A stretch of 64,000 bases of DNA from contig OZ024741.1 of NCBI GenBank assembly GCA_964016885.1, positions 334,428,001 through 334,492,000 of the forward strand, read 5' to 3'. The notes beneath the pieces were generated by a model. The model searched no databases and was not told where the DNA came from. It was given only the letters and a program-made list of their open reading frames with translations. This document shows, piece after piece, positions 45,379-58,373 of this stretch. This stretch comes from Eledone cirrhosa. Taxonomy: Eukaryota. The translations under genes and the position numbers were made by a program. Position 1 is the first letter of the stretch, and the number at the start of each line of letters is the position of its first letter.

Positions 45379-46844
45379 CATACATATGCATTAATAACTG
45401 CATATACACATGTATAGACAGAAAGATATACACATGTACACATATAACTTAAAACATGTAGATTTACGCATACAATAACAGCTATACCTGCACACACACT
45501 TACACAAACTCATCCAGACATACATATGTATTTACCTTGTTAATGCCTGTCTAAATTCGGATGAAAGAATTTTGTTTCTATGTTAGAAACTGACCCTTTC
45601 TCTCTCTCTCTCTTGATGGAAATTAATAGAATAATAAAACCAGAAGAACACACACATACACACACTCACACACACACACTCACACATACACAGACTCACA
45701 CACACACACATACATACATACATATATACATACATATTTATACATACATATATATTTAATACATTAACAGAGAAAGCTTTAAGCAATACTCCGACCGGCT
45801 TCCGTCTCACTCAACAAACATTAGGACATACCTTAGTATAATCCCAATTATACGTTTGGGGTGCTAACTATATGTATTTTGCGGATAGCCAGTTGTATTA
45901 TTTTATATGAGACATAAGCTTAGTGTTTTTGTTTGCTGTCACACTAAGAAGATTGAGTGAAAGTAAGAGGCTATTAAATAACAAATAGAGTGTGAATGAG
46001 TGACAAGTAAAATGATAGGAAGGGGATTGATGAAGTGTTTATCCCACAGCCTTGACTGACAAATGGAGAAAGGACTTAGTGAGTGAGACCTTATGGTGTT
46101 ACCATGATTGTTCTGAGAAAAGAACTTTTAGAGTAATGTTAATTACATATATAATGATAATTACAGATAATGATAGATTCATTAGCTTTATTATATAGAA
46201 ACTATGTAATATGACAGCTGCAGCTAGATAATGTCTGTCTTCCCTATTTGGTGGATGTTGTGGTCTGGTTCACTATGCTAAGATTAGGAATGTGGGTGTC
46301 CACATTTGGTTTGTCAAATTTGGAGAGAGGGTCATGGTTTGGTTTAGCAGGAATCATGGGTACAGATTGGCATTGCTAAGTGTTTGTGGACTGATTGGAA
46401 TGATAACAGTCTTATTTACATATATAATTCTTTCAAGGCTTTATAAATAATATTGTCATATTTTTGTAAATCTAATATCATCATTTATAATATATTTTTT
46501 ATAACTATCCTTAAACCATTCAGCACTTCTTGTAAATATAAACCCCATTGATATATTGTTGTCAGTCTCAACTAGGGAATGATATCCAAGATATAAGAAT
46601 GTGAATGATTTTATTGTCAAATACTTCTGCCCTTTTAATACTTTCATTACTGAATGTTATGATTAAATTAATGAAATAATCAATAAGGATAATACAAATT
46701 CAAAATGATAAAGTTTGATAGTGGTCAGATAGATAACCAACAGTTTGAGCAAATATTTGAAGTCACATTAATCCTTTCATTACTATAACTCAAATGAAAG
46801 ACACTGCCTGTCTGTTTTAGATGATTTTCAAATAATTGAGAATT

Positions 46845-47853
46845 TTGAAGAACCGGCTACAGGCCTTCGTCACTGACCCCCGACTTGGGCCCCTAAAGGC
46901 ACTTGTGATCCTTGCCTTCAGATCGTCTTTTATATTGCAGCTAGATCTGTTGGTGTCTCGTTCCACTGCGCCCCACAAAAAGAAGTCAAGGAGGTTGCAG
47001 TCAGGCGAGCTGGGAGGCCAGATGTCAGGTGATGTGTGATCGACAAAGATCTCTGACAGCCAGGCTTGGGTCTTTCAGCTGGTATGGCAGGGTGCTGAGT
47101 CTTGCTGCCACACGTACGGCCTACCTGCAGCTACCTGGTCGACCCAGGGCTTTACTACCTCACTCAGAACGCGGATGTAGCCATCGGTGTTCAGCTTGAG
47201 GCCCTCAGGGAAGAAGTGAGGTGGCATGACGTCACCTTGACTGCTGACGACACCTAAGACCAATGTGTCACTGGAAACTTTGTCTGCATGACTCTGGGCA
47301 TGTCTTTGGATGAGACAGCGAGCCACCTGTTGTTCTGGGAGTTGATCTTCTGGTCTTGGCAGAAGTTTTTCTCGTCAGAGAAAAACCACAGCATGTCTGG
47401 CTCCAGTGGGTGTTTCAACTTGTTGATCAGCTTCTTTGCGTGCTTCAGTTGCTTTTCTTGCATCACCTTTGACAGAAATTGTCCTTTCCTCATCGTGTAT
47501 GAGACGTAGCGAATGTCTTCATGTACCACCAGCCGAATGAGCTTTTCATCCACGCCTTTCTCCCTTGCAATGGCACGCATCGACTTGCTAGGTTCATTGT
47601 TGATGATATCCTGAACTTCAGCGACGAACTCGGGCGTTCTGAAGGCGTCAGATCGTCGATCATGTGTTTTCCTCTCTGTTGTTGCTTCGTAGTCGAATCC
47701 TGAATCTTCCAATTCCTTTCTGACCTTTTCCACCATTCTCCTGCTGATGCTGAGAAAGTCTGAAATTTCCTTATTTGTCCTCCCGGCATGGATTCCAAGA
47801 AGAACTCCGTATCTCTTCCACAAATTTGGAGGTTCAAAATTATTCATAATCAA
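46845..47853 (-). pseudogene. Decayed Tc1/mariner transposase, DD37D (maT-like)
   Basis: HTH-like N-terminus, WFFSDEKNF, frameshift near 47260, then WQQDSAPCHTS*...WPPSSPDCNLLD with 37 codons between the second and third Asp. TIRs were not found. Confidence 0.88.
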
Positions 47854-48000
47854 TTATTCTGAAAATAAATCATGGAAATATCGTCACTGCTTTTATGAAG
47901 ACAAGAGTGGCATCCATAGCCTGTTGGGTCAAGTTCGCTTTAAAATAATTTTTAAATAATTAAAATATACACAGACATGTATATAATGTAAAATGGACAC

Positions 48001-48060
<60 letters not shown>

Positions 48061-48099
48061 GGGTGTCTGTGACATATATACACTGGTAACAGACACACA

Positions 48100-48155
<56 letters not shown>

Positions 48156-48162
48156 TATATAT

Positions 48163-48392
48163 ATCATCATCATCATCATCATCATTTAACGTCTATCTTC
48201 CACGCTAGCATGGGTTTAGACGGGAATTGTCCCACTTGAGACAAGATTGGTCGTCTCGCTCGTATGGGCCTGTCTGGCAGGCTTTCTACGGCTGGATGCC
48301 CTTCCTAACACCAACCACATTTACAGTGTGGAGTGGGAGGTTTTTACCATGTTACCTACACGGCCACATTACAGCGTGGACTGTGTGTTTTT
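48163..48392 (-). mobile_element. RTE 3' UTR fragment
   Basis: Reverse complement of 43940-44172. Confidence 0.85.
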
Positions 48393-49599
48393 ATATATAT
48401 ATATATGCACACACACACACACACATATATACACACAAACTTAGAAACCCTTCCTATTTAGCAGGAAATATTCGCTACACAAATCCTGTCCTAACACAAG
48501 TTATATGATACATATGACTTAATATTCAGTCACCAAATTTGAGCTAGCTACAATAATGCTGTATTTGATTCTTTGAAGTCACCTGTTATAATTTCTTTCA
48601 ACAACACCACCAGCTCTCTCTCTCTCTTTCTCTTCCATTTTCCTTCTCTGTCACCTTCTCTCTATCTCTAAATCTCTCTTTTAATCTACTCTCTCACAAC
48701 CACTATCTCTTTCTGTCTCACTCTCTATGTATTTATGAAGGTACCCATTAAAACCCCATATCTCAGGAACTTATGCTCCGATTTACCTAAAACTTGTTTT
48801 ATTCCATTTGTATTCCCATTGCAGAGGCAACTTTCTTTCAAGGTATTGTCCCATTATGTGCCATTTTGGCTGTATTAAATTACAGACAAGCACACAATCA
48901 CAGAGTTTTAGTAGTATATATATATATATATATATATATATCATCATCATCATCAGCATCATTTTTACATCCGTCTTTCTATATTCATATGGGTTGGACA
49001 TATTCTTTTCAACATAGCATCTATCAACCAAACGCATTACTATATCATCTCCTCTGTTAGTCTTAACAATTTGAGATCAGCTTTCACAACCTCTGCCCTA
49101 GTACCTTGGTCTACCTCTACTGCAGCTTCCTTCCAAAGGGATTTCCTGGCACATCTTCACCCAGTAATCATCATCCATGCACATCACTTCAGACTTGTCT
49201 AACCCAGTTGTTCCCTCAGTACATCAAAGTGCTGCCTTTCTCTCACATTTATATTGCACATTGAATGAAGCAAGTATATCATCATTATCATCATCACTGT
49301 TTAAGATCTATTGTTCCATGCTTGTATGGGTTAGACAGGTTCTCCACACTATGATACAAGTCTAGGCATTTGGCAGCGGCATACATTGCTCAAATGGAAC
49401 TGAATTTTGGCTGGTATTTTTTCAGCTGAATGCTCTTCCTAACCCCAACAATGTTTACAGTGTGGAACTAGGTTGCATTGTTATGAGGTGGGTGTGGCCA
49501 GTTGGCCATACGGTAACCTGTTCGCAGTGGAACCATATTTTGGGCACTGGGTTGTCCCTTTATGAGGGCGGTCTAGCCAGTTGGCTGCATCATGCCTTG

Positions 49600-49893
49600 C
49601 TACCTGGGTGACAAAATCAGCAGTGGCAGAGGTCGTGTAGGTCTGGCGACAAAAAGAAAAACACAGTCCATGCTGTAGTGTGGTCGTTTAGGTAACACGG
49701 TAAAAAGCTCCCAGTCCACACTGTAAATGTGGTTGGTGTTAGGAGGGGCATCCAGCTGTAGAAAACCTGCCAGATATTCCTATACGAGCGAGACACAGTC
49801 ACCCAACCAATCTTGCCTCAAGTGGGAACATTCCCCTCTAACACATGCTATCATGGAAGATAGACGTTATACGATGATGATGATGATGATGAT
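49600..49893 (+). mobile_element. RTE fragment (short ORF piece fused to 3' UTR)
   Basis: TACCTGGGTGACAAAATCAGCAGTGG matches ~43212-43237 and is joined directly to UTR sequence matching ~43915 onward. Confidence 0.8.
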
Positions 49894-50349
49894 ATTTTAA
49901 CTATAATAAAGAAAACGAGTGCGGGACTACGTCCAGAATATTTTTTTTTTCCGGTTTGTAAAATAAGTTGGGTACTTTGAATAAATAATGAATGAATATT
50001 ACATAATTTATCTACTAAATTTCGTAAATCTTGATTAAATATAAATAATTGTATTGCTTATTTAAAAATTCACTTCTTTAGATTTTCAAATGTCAACACT
50101 TCCGGTTAGTGCCCGATAAAAACATTGCATATATTTCCATCGCTAATTTTCTCCTAATGCAGTTTATATATAATATCATCGTTTTTAAATGTATCATGGA
50201 TTACTTTACTGATTACAGAAGAGAGTGTAACACAGACTTTCTTCAATTTTTTGTGGATATTGTCAATTACGATTTTATTTGACATATCATATCTACATGC
50301 ATATATATTTGCATATAATATCAATATGCACACTACACATGCTCACTTA

Positions 50350-50534
50350 ATAATTGTTTCTACTTTTGGCACAAGGCCAGCAAATACCCAGTGCATTACT
50401 GGTACTTTATTTTATCGACCCGGTAAGGATGAAAGGCAAAGTTAACCTCAACGGGATTTGAACTCAGAATGGCAAGGGCCATAACTCTATGCGTCAAAAC
50501 ATGGTGTCCGACCCTCTACCGATACTGCCAATCC
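50350..50534 (-). mobile_element. SINE family 2 (Meta-domain-like)
   Basis: Reverse complement of 53077-53265. Confidence 0.8.
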
Positions 50535-50874
50535 ACATTGATGCTCACTTAATAATATGATTAAGTTTGATTATTAAAATTCAAACCCAACTGGTTAGAG
50601 TGCACACAGATGTTAATCAATGAGGAAGACGACTTTGTGTGGGTAGGAAAATTGAGATAATATATGTATATATTTTTTATTTATGTAATAAACAACTCAA
50701 TATAATTATTCCATTACCCAAGGTTTTCCAAAGGAACTGAGGAACTGGAATCATATGATATGATTCCAGTTCCTCAGTGAAATAACAACCCAACCAGGAA
50801 CTGGGCATATCAGAGTATTGACAAAATTATACACCTCAACAACATATGTACTTGTCTATACCACACTAATTCAA

Positions 50875-50929
50875 ACTGCCTGAAGAGGTCACAGCCAAAG
50901 ATAGCTGTCACTGAAATATATATAGCAGT
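50875..50929 (+). ncRNA. Minimal type-I hammerhead ribozyme (dispersed copy)
   Basis: Near-identical to 38978-39032, with the flanks shared over ~50861-50980. Confidence 0.72.
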
Positions 50930-51311
50930 AATAAACGAAGCTAAATTTTAAACATTTGACTTTTTATTTAACTTTATTTTATATATATATATATATACAA
51001 ACAAAGTAGAAAGGAAAAAAAGTAGAAAGAAAAGTATAAAGGAAAAAAAAAATGTTCAGTAGAAAATGCCGAAGAGATTCTTTCAGTGTAATATCAAAGC
51101 ATTTATTTATTTATAAAGAGGATATTTCCGCATTTAATAATGGTACCAGTTTCAGCATTATATGCATTGTCAACTGCGGATAGGCATAATATAGTTAAGT
51201 TCCATATTTATACAAATAATAATAATAAAAAGTGGAAGAAAAATTATTAATTTTTACATACATATTTTGTTTGTTCTTCTTTCTCTGTTAGTATATATAT
51301 ATATATATATA

Positions 51312-51503
51312 TCCCAGTAGAAGGAAGACGCAGTAGAAGTAGACCACGTAAAACATGGGCGGAGGTGGTGAGAGCAGACCTCAGATCGCTGAAACTCACC
51401 GAGAAGATGACTAAGGACCGTGACAAGTGGGGAGATGCTGAATAGTACCTGTCCAACCCTTGCAAGCAGGGAAAAGCAGACATAAAATGATGATGATGAT
51501 GAT
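51312..51503 (+). mobile_element. RTE subfamily C 3' end
   Basis: VEGRRSRSRPRKTWAEVVRADLRSLKLTEKMTKDRDKW, then CCCTTGCAAGCAGGGAAAAGC and a (GAT)n tail. Confidence 0.8.
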
Positions 51504-52266
51504 ATATATATATATCAAGAGAGAGAGAGAAAGAGAAAGCGGGACCATACATAAGTGAAATGCAGAAGATCAGTGGCCCCACTTTTGTACTGAGTTGGTC
51601 AATGTGGACCCATCCAACCCTTGCTAGCAGGGAAGGTGGACATTAATACAATGATAATGATCATCATGATGATCATAATATATACAATAATACTGTTATT
51701 TACAAGTTATTGTTATTTACAAATCTTTATAACAATTAAAACTGTTATAAATATATTCAAAGCCATTATTTATCAAATCATAAAACAATGATGGATCTAT
51801 TCAGAACTTTCTATCATTTTAAATATGTTCTTCTTTGTGTGTAAGTGTGTGTGTGTTTGTTAGTGTGCGAGTGTGCAAATGAGTGTGTGTCTGTGTGTGT
51901 GCAAGCATGTGTGTATGTATTTGTGAATCTGTGTGTGTGCAAGCATGTGCATGTGTGTGAGCAAGCATGTGCATGTGTGTGTGCAAGCATGTGCGTGTGT
52001 GTGTGTGCAAGCATGTGTGTGTGTTGGTGTGTGTGTATGCATATATGTGTGCATGTGTATATATACATTTTTTTCCTATTGATTTTAAACTGAAATCAAT
52101 TCTGGCATGTTTTGTATTTAATTAATTCCCTTCGGCATAATGTTTAAATGAAATTCAATAGCATTTAACAAAAACTGTTTTTTATAATTATTATGTATTA
52201 TGTATCATTATCATCATGATCATCATCATCAACGTTATTGCTATCAGCATTATTATTATTATTATT

Positions 52267-53058
52267 GTTCTTTGAGTCTCAGTCATTGATGTTATTTAAC
52301 TGGAAAATGTGTTGAAATGAATATCAAGCCACTACCTGCAGCCTCAGACATTCAGGACATATCGGAGGGTTCTTGCTGTTCCCAGCAGGCATGCCTTTTG
52401 AAGTGTTCCAAAAAACTGGGCTGGACTAATCTTCTTTAACCATCCTTGAAAACTCTTTAAGATAGTACCTAGTGTGCCTATGACAATCGGGACGACCTTG
52501 ATTTCATGGCAGTTCCAAATCCTTTTTACCTCCCACTTTAAATCCTGGTATCGGTTAATTTTCTCCCTCTCCTTCTCTTGCACTCTCGTGTCGAATGGGC
52601 AGGTTACATCTACAATCAGGCATGATTTTTTTTCGTTGTCCAAAACCACCAGGTCAGGCCTATTGTGTTCTAATTTCTTGTCCATCTGTATCCTAAAATC
52701 CCATAGCACCTTCACCTGATCGTTTTCTATCACCCACTCTGGCTTATGCTCATACCACTTCTCAGAATGTGGTAAATTGTTTACTTTACATAGATGCCAA
52801 TGGATCACCCTGCCTATCACATCATGTCTCCAGCCCTTATAGTGAGTCTCGGCTAGGTGTTTACACTCGGATACAATGTGAGCCACAGTCTCCTCTCTCT
52901 CTCCACAGATCCTAAACAGTGAGCTAGCCTCCTCCTTGTCAATATGGTGTTTCACCCATTTCGTTCTGAGGGCTTGCTGTTGCTCAGCCAGTAGCATCCT
53001 TCTGTAGCTTTTTTAATGTCTCCTCTTTTTAACCAGTTCCATGTCTGTGGATCTCTGA
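52267..53058 (-). mobile_element. R4/Dong-like non-LTR retrotransposon 3' fragment (CCHC + restriction-like endonuclease)
   Basis: TWNWLKRGDIKKATEG, then a frameshift into MLLAEQQQAL. Zinc knuckle (F)RICGEREETVAHIVSEC, RHD motif, REL motif RPDLVV...IVDVTCP...KEREKINRY. Flanked by (TAA)n on both sides. Confidence 0.85.
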
Positions 53059-53076
53059 ATTATTATTATTATTATT

Positions 53077-53795
53077 GGTGGATTGGCAGTATCGGTAGAG
53101 GGTCGGACATTATGCTTTGATGCATAGAGTTATGGCCCTTGCCATTCTGAGTTCAAATCCCACCAAGGTTAACTTTGCCTTTCATCCTTATGGGGTCGAT
53201 AAAATAAAGTACCAGTAATGTGCTGGGTAATTGCTGGCCTTGTGCCAAAAGTAGAAACAATTATTATTATTATCATTATTATTATTATCAAGTATTGCTA
53301 GAGCATCAGACACCATGCTTTGCAGTATAGCGGTATGGCCCTTTATGTTCTGAGTTCAACCTTACTTTTCATCCTCATGGGTTCGATAAAATAAAGTACC
53401 AGTCACGCACTGGGGTCGATTTAATCGACTTTCCCCTCCCCTAAAATTGCAAGCCTTGTGCCTATATAAGAAACCACTATTATTGTGGCCAATAAAGAAA
53501 CCATTATTATTATTATTATTATTACGGTGTAGTACCAGTAATACACTGGGATAATTGCTGGCCTTGTGCCAAAAGTAGAAGCAATTATTATTACTATAAA
53601 GTATCGCTATAGCGTCAGACACCATGCTTTGCAGCATAGAGTTATGGCTCTTTACGTTCTGAGTTCACATCCCACTGAGGTTAGCTTTGCCTTTTATCCT
53701 TATGGGGTCGATAAAATAAAGCACCAGTAATACACTGGGGTAATTGTTGGCCTTGTGCCAAAAGTAGAAACACTATTATCACTATTATTATTATT
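53077..53795 (+). mobile_element. Cluster of 3-4 head-to-tail SINE family 2 copies with (ATT)n tails
   Basis: Repeated GTCGATAAAATAAAGTACCAG and GCCTTGTGCCAAAAGTAGAA motifs separated by (ATT)n. Confidence 0.8.
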
Positions 53796-53931
53796 ATGTC
53801 TAAATACTCTCAATACTATTTATGAATTATAGTTGTTGATGTGCTGATGTCTTTATGTAAAATATGATGATTTGTAAAACACTTTATTTCATATAATCCA
53901 TTTGTTTATAATGTTTGTATGTATATACATG

Positions 53932-53995
<64 letters not shown>

Positions 53996-54179
53996 AGTAT
54001 GTATGTAAGTAAGTGCCGTACTAAGAGTGAGAAATGAAATTTCATTTCATTCTATTCCATTTTATATATATATATATATACATATATATACATATATCTA
54101 TACATATTTATATATATATATATATTTACACCACAAATACACACAAACACATATATAAATAATATAATATATAGATATA

Positions 54180-54200
54180 TTTCTACTTTTCATTTAAAGG
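54180..54200 (+). promoter_or_regulatory. Candidate splice acceptor upstream of the protocadherin ATG
   Basis: TTCTACTTTTCATTTAAAG|G lies 35 nt before the ATG, implying an upstream non-coding exon. Confidence 0.45.
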
Positions 54201-54234
54201 ATTCATAACTATTCTGAGAAACATCAACAGGAAA

Positions 54235-56643
54235 ATGTTTGCCCAGTTTTGTGCATTTTTTCTACTAGTCCATGTGTCTAAGTGTGTCGACTTTACATTC
54301 TATGTAAAAGAGGGCAGACGACCAAATACATTCATTGGAGATGTTTCGATGAATATGCAGTCAATGGACAGTGTCCCAACCACAGATATCAGTTCAACTT
54401 GGTTTAGTCTTCTTCAACATGATACAACAACTGACCACCAGCTGTTTAATATATCTCGGAATGGTAAACTGCTTACTGCTAAAACATTAGATGCTGAGAG
54501 TCTTTGCAAATATAACACAGAATGCTATAAAATGTTAGATGTGGCAGTACAGAAAAAGAAGTCTTTCCTCAAAATATTGGAAATAAAAGTTATTATACAA
54601 GACGTCAATGATCATACCCCGATATTTGCAGAAAAGCAAGTTGATATAGAATTTTCAGAGCGAGATAGTAAAGGTTCGAGTATCTCAGTTCCAAATGCAA
54701 TCGATGAAGATGTAGGAGTTCTTAATTCACAAATTACGTACCAACTAAAGAAACATTCAAATGAACCTTTTATGTTGTCAGAATCAAAAAAAGTCGATGG
54801 CACTGCGAAACTGGGAATCATTCTGGAAGACAAACTAAATCGTGAAGTCAAAGACACATATCATGTTCAAATTGTTGCAAAAGATGGAGGAACACCAACA
54901 AAGCAGAGTGTTTTAAATGTTCAGATATTTGTCACGGATGTCAATGATAATTCACCAGTTTTCAGCCAAAATATCTATAATGTTTCAATTAAAAGTTCCC
55001 ACCCGAAAAGCATCCCAGTTGTGGTTGTATCTGCAAAAGACTCAGATGCTGGTAAAAATGGTAGAATATTGTACACATTTAGTTCAAAATCTTCAGATAC
55101 GACCAACATTCCATTTGAATTAAATAAACTGACAGGTGAATTATTTTTACACGAAAAATTTACTCCAGGTAAAAAACAGACATATAAATTGTTTATTGAA
55201 GCTAAAGATGAAGGGATACCACCTTTAAGTTCCACCACGATGGTTGTGTTAACAATAAATGACCAAATGAATATAGCTCCCAAAATAGATGTAAGCTTTG
55301 CATCTGCATCAGTAAAAAATGCTGCAGCCATTTCTGAGGAAACAGAGATTGGCAGCTTTGTTGCATTTGTGAAAGTTACAGATAATGATATTGGCCCTAA
55401 TGGAGAGGTCAGCTGTGTGTTACATCATGATAAATTTAGACTCCAAAGCCTAGGTGGAAAGAAATATAAATTAACAATAAAAAGTCTGGTTGATAGAGAA
55501 ACGGAGAGAGAAATTGACATAACAATTACATGTCAAGACAGAGGTTTACCACCATTACAGACTAAGACAAATGTCTCTATCCAAGTGATGGATATTAATG
55601 ATGTAAAGCCTCAGTTTTCTAAAGATACATTCAGATTTTTGATTTATGAGAATGAGAAACCAAACTTTCCTGTTGGTTTAATCAATGCCACTGACCCCGA
55701 TCTTGGCCCTGGTGGTCAATTATCATATTCCTTATTTGCTAACAATAAATATAGACTTCCATTTTCAATAACAGATTTTGGTTTTATTTCAACTACTAAT
55801 ACACTAGATCGTGAACTTCAAAGTATCTACAGATTTAAAGTTTTAGTCAAAGACAATGGAATTCCTTCTTTAAACAACACAGCAAATATCATGGTAGAAG
55901 TAATGGATGAAAATGATAATGCTCCATATTTTATTTTTCCTCGAATTAACCCATTTCGTCTTGATGTTCATTACCATCCTCTGAATAAAAACAACATCAC
56001 TGTTTTACGAGCTTCTGATAAAGACAATCAGGAAAATGCCTTTCTCCAGTATGGAATACTAGCAGGCAATGATAGACAGTTATTTACAATTAATACTTAT
56101 ACTGGGGCTGTTTCATTCTCTCGGGTGATCTTCCAAAGAGATGCAGGGGCTTATAACATCGTGTTTGTTGTCAAGGACAGTGGTACTCCTGTTTTGTCGG
56201 CAACTACTACCCTGTCTTTGACATTGTCTGTCAGTAATAAAACAGCAACTATGCTAACTGCTCTGGATAATGAACCAACTGATCGTATACATATCAACTT
56301 AGTGATCATAATTGTCCTTGCCGCTGTTACTGTGTCGGTTGTTATGGTCATATCAATTACAATCTGTATATTACGGAGAAACAATGAAAGACACACGGAA
56401 TTCTGTGCAGAAATTGATCCTTCAAATAAAATTTTGAATGAATCAAATCAATTGAAATATTTCTGTGAAAAGTTAACTCCCCAATCAGATCCATCGATAG
56501 CTATAGTTGACGTAGGCAAGAGCAGGAGTCATATGCCAATACGGCCAAGTGAAGAGCTGCCATCAAGATATGAGACAAATCATAACAGACTAGAAGCTCC
56601 TCTTGGAATACCTTGTCAAGATACTTCTGAGATGACACAACAG
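54235..56643 (+). CDS. Protocadherin, large first coding exon (signal peptide, EC1-EC6, TM, start of cytoplasmic domain)
   Basis: Hydrophobic N-terminus. Cadherin linkers DVNDHTPIF, DVNDNSPVF, DINDVKPQF and DENDNAPYF; VDRE/LDRE and AxDxG motifs; TM INLVIIIVLAAVTVSVVMVISITICIL. Splice donor CAG|GTAAGC at 56643/56644 (the unspliced ORF runs to 56676). Confidence 0.95.
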
Positions 56644-57573
56644 GTAAGCTATTGTTTTATTTTACTTTGTCTCTAAATTAATTTATCTGGAGATATATCT
56701 TGGTTGGAATCAATTATATTTACAGCTTCACATCAGTTATCAATTTTTTTTATTTTTTTTTTACAGTTTATGTTGTTCATTGATGTAAAATAAATTAGAA
56801 GTTTAGTAGGGGAATTGCCACTATCTTAGTCATGGTGAAATATTTGTCTATGGTTGAACTAAAAATGTATTTCTTACAATTAAGATTATTCTTTTGAAAG
56901 TATTTGAAAACAACGACAACAAAAACAATACAAAACAAAACTAAAAAAAGAACAAAGCATTTTTCTATGACTGTCTAACAATTCTATTGTAATGAATAGA
57001 AATATTATTATTTAATAAAAAATATTTTATAAAATTTTAATTTAAGCATTTAGGAACAACTACAATGAAATGAAAAACAAAAAATAATTTTATCAAATAA
57101 ATGAAGTAAATTTTTCACTTTTCTTTAACTCAATTTGAAATTTAAACTTTAAGCAACTTGTAAACAGGATACATCTTGTTGTTTTTTTTTTGTTGTTGTT
57201 TTTTCTTTATCTTTTCTCCTAAAATATGTATTCTCTATTAACAATGAATTTGTATTATTTCTTACAGAAAATTTTGATTTATTCACCACTGTTGGTTTCT
57301 TAAAAATCACTCTATTAATTGTATCTCTTATAAAATGTCTCCTGTTGTAAATTACTTGCTAGTTCGAATTAATTTACATTATACTGTCACAGAAGAAAAA
57401 AAATAATAACATGAAATCAAAGTAATTAATTAATTAGTTTAAAAAAAACAGAAATGATATGAGACAGATACAATGCTATTCCATAAGTAAAGTACAGAAT
57501 TACTAAATACAATTCATTACTTTTTTTACCTTTAACATTTTAGTTAGCAACAGGTAAATTTCAAAGGAATATA

Positions 57574-57999
57574 CCATATTTGATAGCTTATAAGACATAC
57601 CTTATTTCCCCAAAATGTCCCAGAAAATCATACTGCATCTTGTAAGGTCAAGGGTCAAATTTTGGTTACTGGTTGGTGGAGTTCTAGTGCTGCAGTGGCC
57701 CATAAATTAAACCACATACATCTCTGCAAATGTAAACAAGGTGGAGATCACTTCTCTAACAAGAATGGCAATTTTTCTCTAAAAAAGCTACAATTTAAGA
57801 TACATTTTATGATGAATAAGATAAATTTATTTTCACTTTCTTTTGTTCTAAGATGTACTAAATATTTGTTGAATGATAATAAAAATATGATGTACAAACT
57901 TTATACCCTTCACCTGACATTCGTAGTTTAAACCCATTTATTTTATTTTTTTATATGCCTGCCCAAATTGAGGTGTGTCTTATAAGCCTTCGAATATGG
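57574..57999. mobile_element. TA-flanked MITE (Tc2/pogo-like TIRs)
   Basis: TA-CCATATTTGATAGCTTATAAGACATACC ... GGTGTGTCTTATAAGCCTTCGAATATGG-TA: ~28-bp imperfect TIRs with a TA duplication. Confidence 0.78.
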
Positions 58000-58324
58000 T
58001 ATTCTTACAATTTGAACAATTTGAACAATCTTGTGGATTTCTAAATATTTATGACAAAATGGCTGAAATTTTTTTTTTTTTGCATGTAATTATGTTGCTT
58101 ATCTGTTGTAGTGTTTATATGTGTTAAAACTCCAAACATTTTCCTCCTGGTGAACACACAAAGAAAACTTTTGAAAAGAGATTAGTTAAGCAGTAATAAT
58201 ATAGACTATATAGAAAATGAAAAAAGGAATTATACAAAAAAGACATTGATTCATTCGTTGTGGTTGTTTTTGATGTTATTGTAATTGATGTTGATGTGTA
58301 TTAATATTATTGTTGTTATTATTA

Positions 58325-58373
<49 letters not shown>

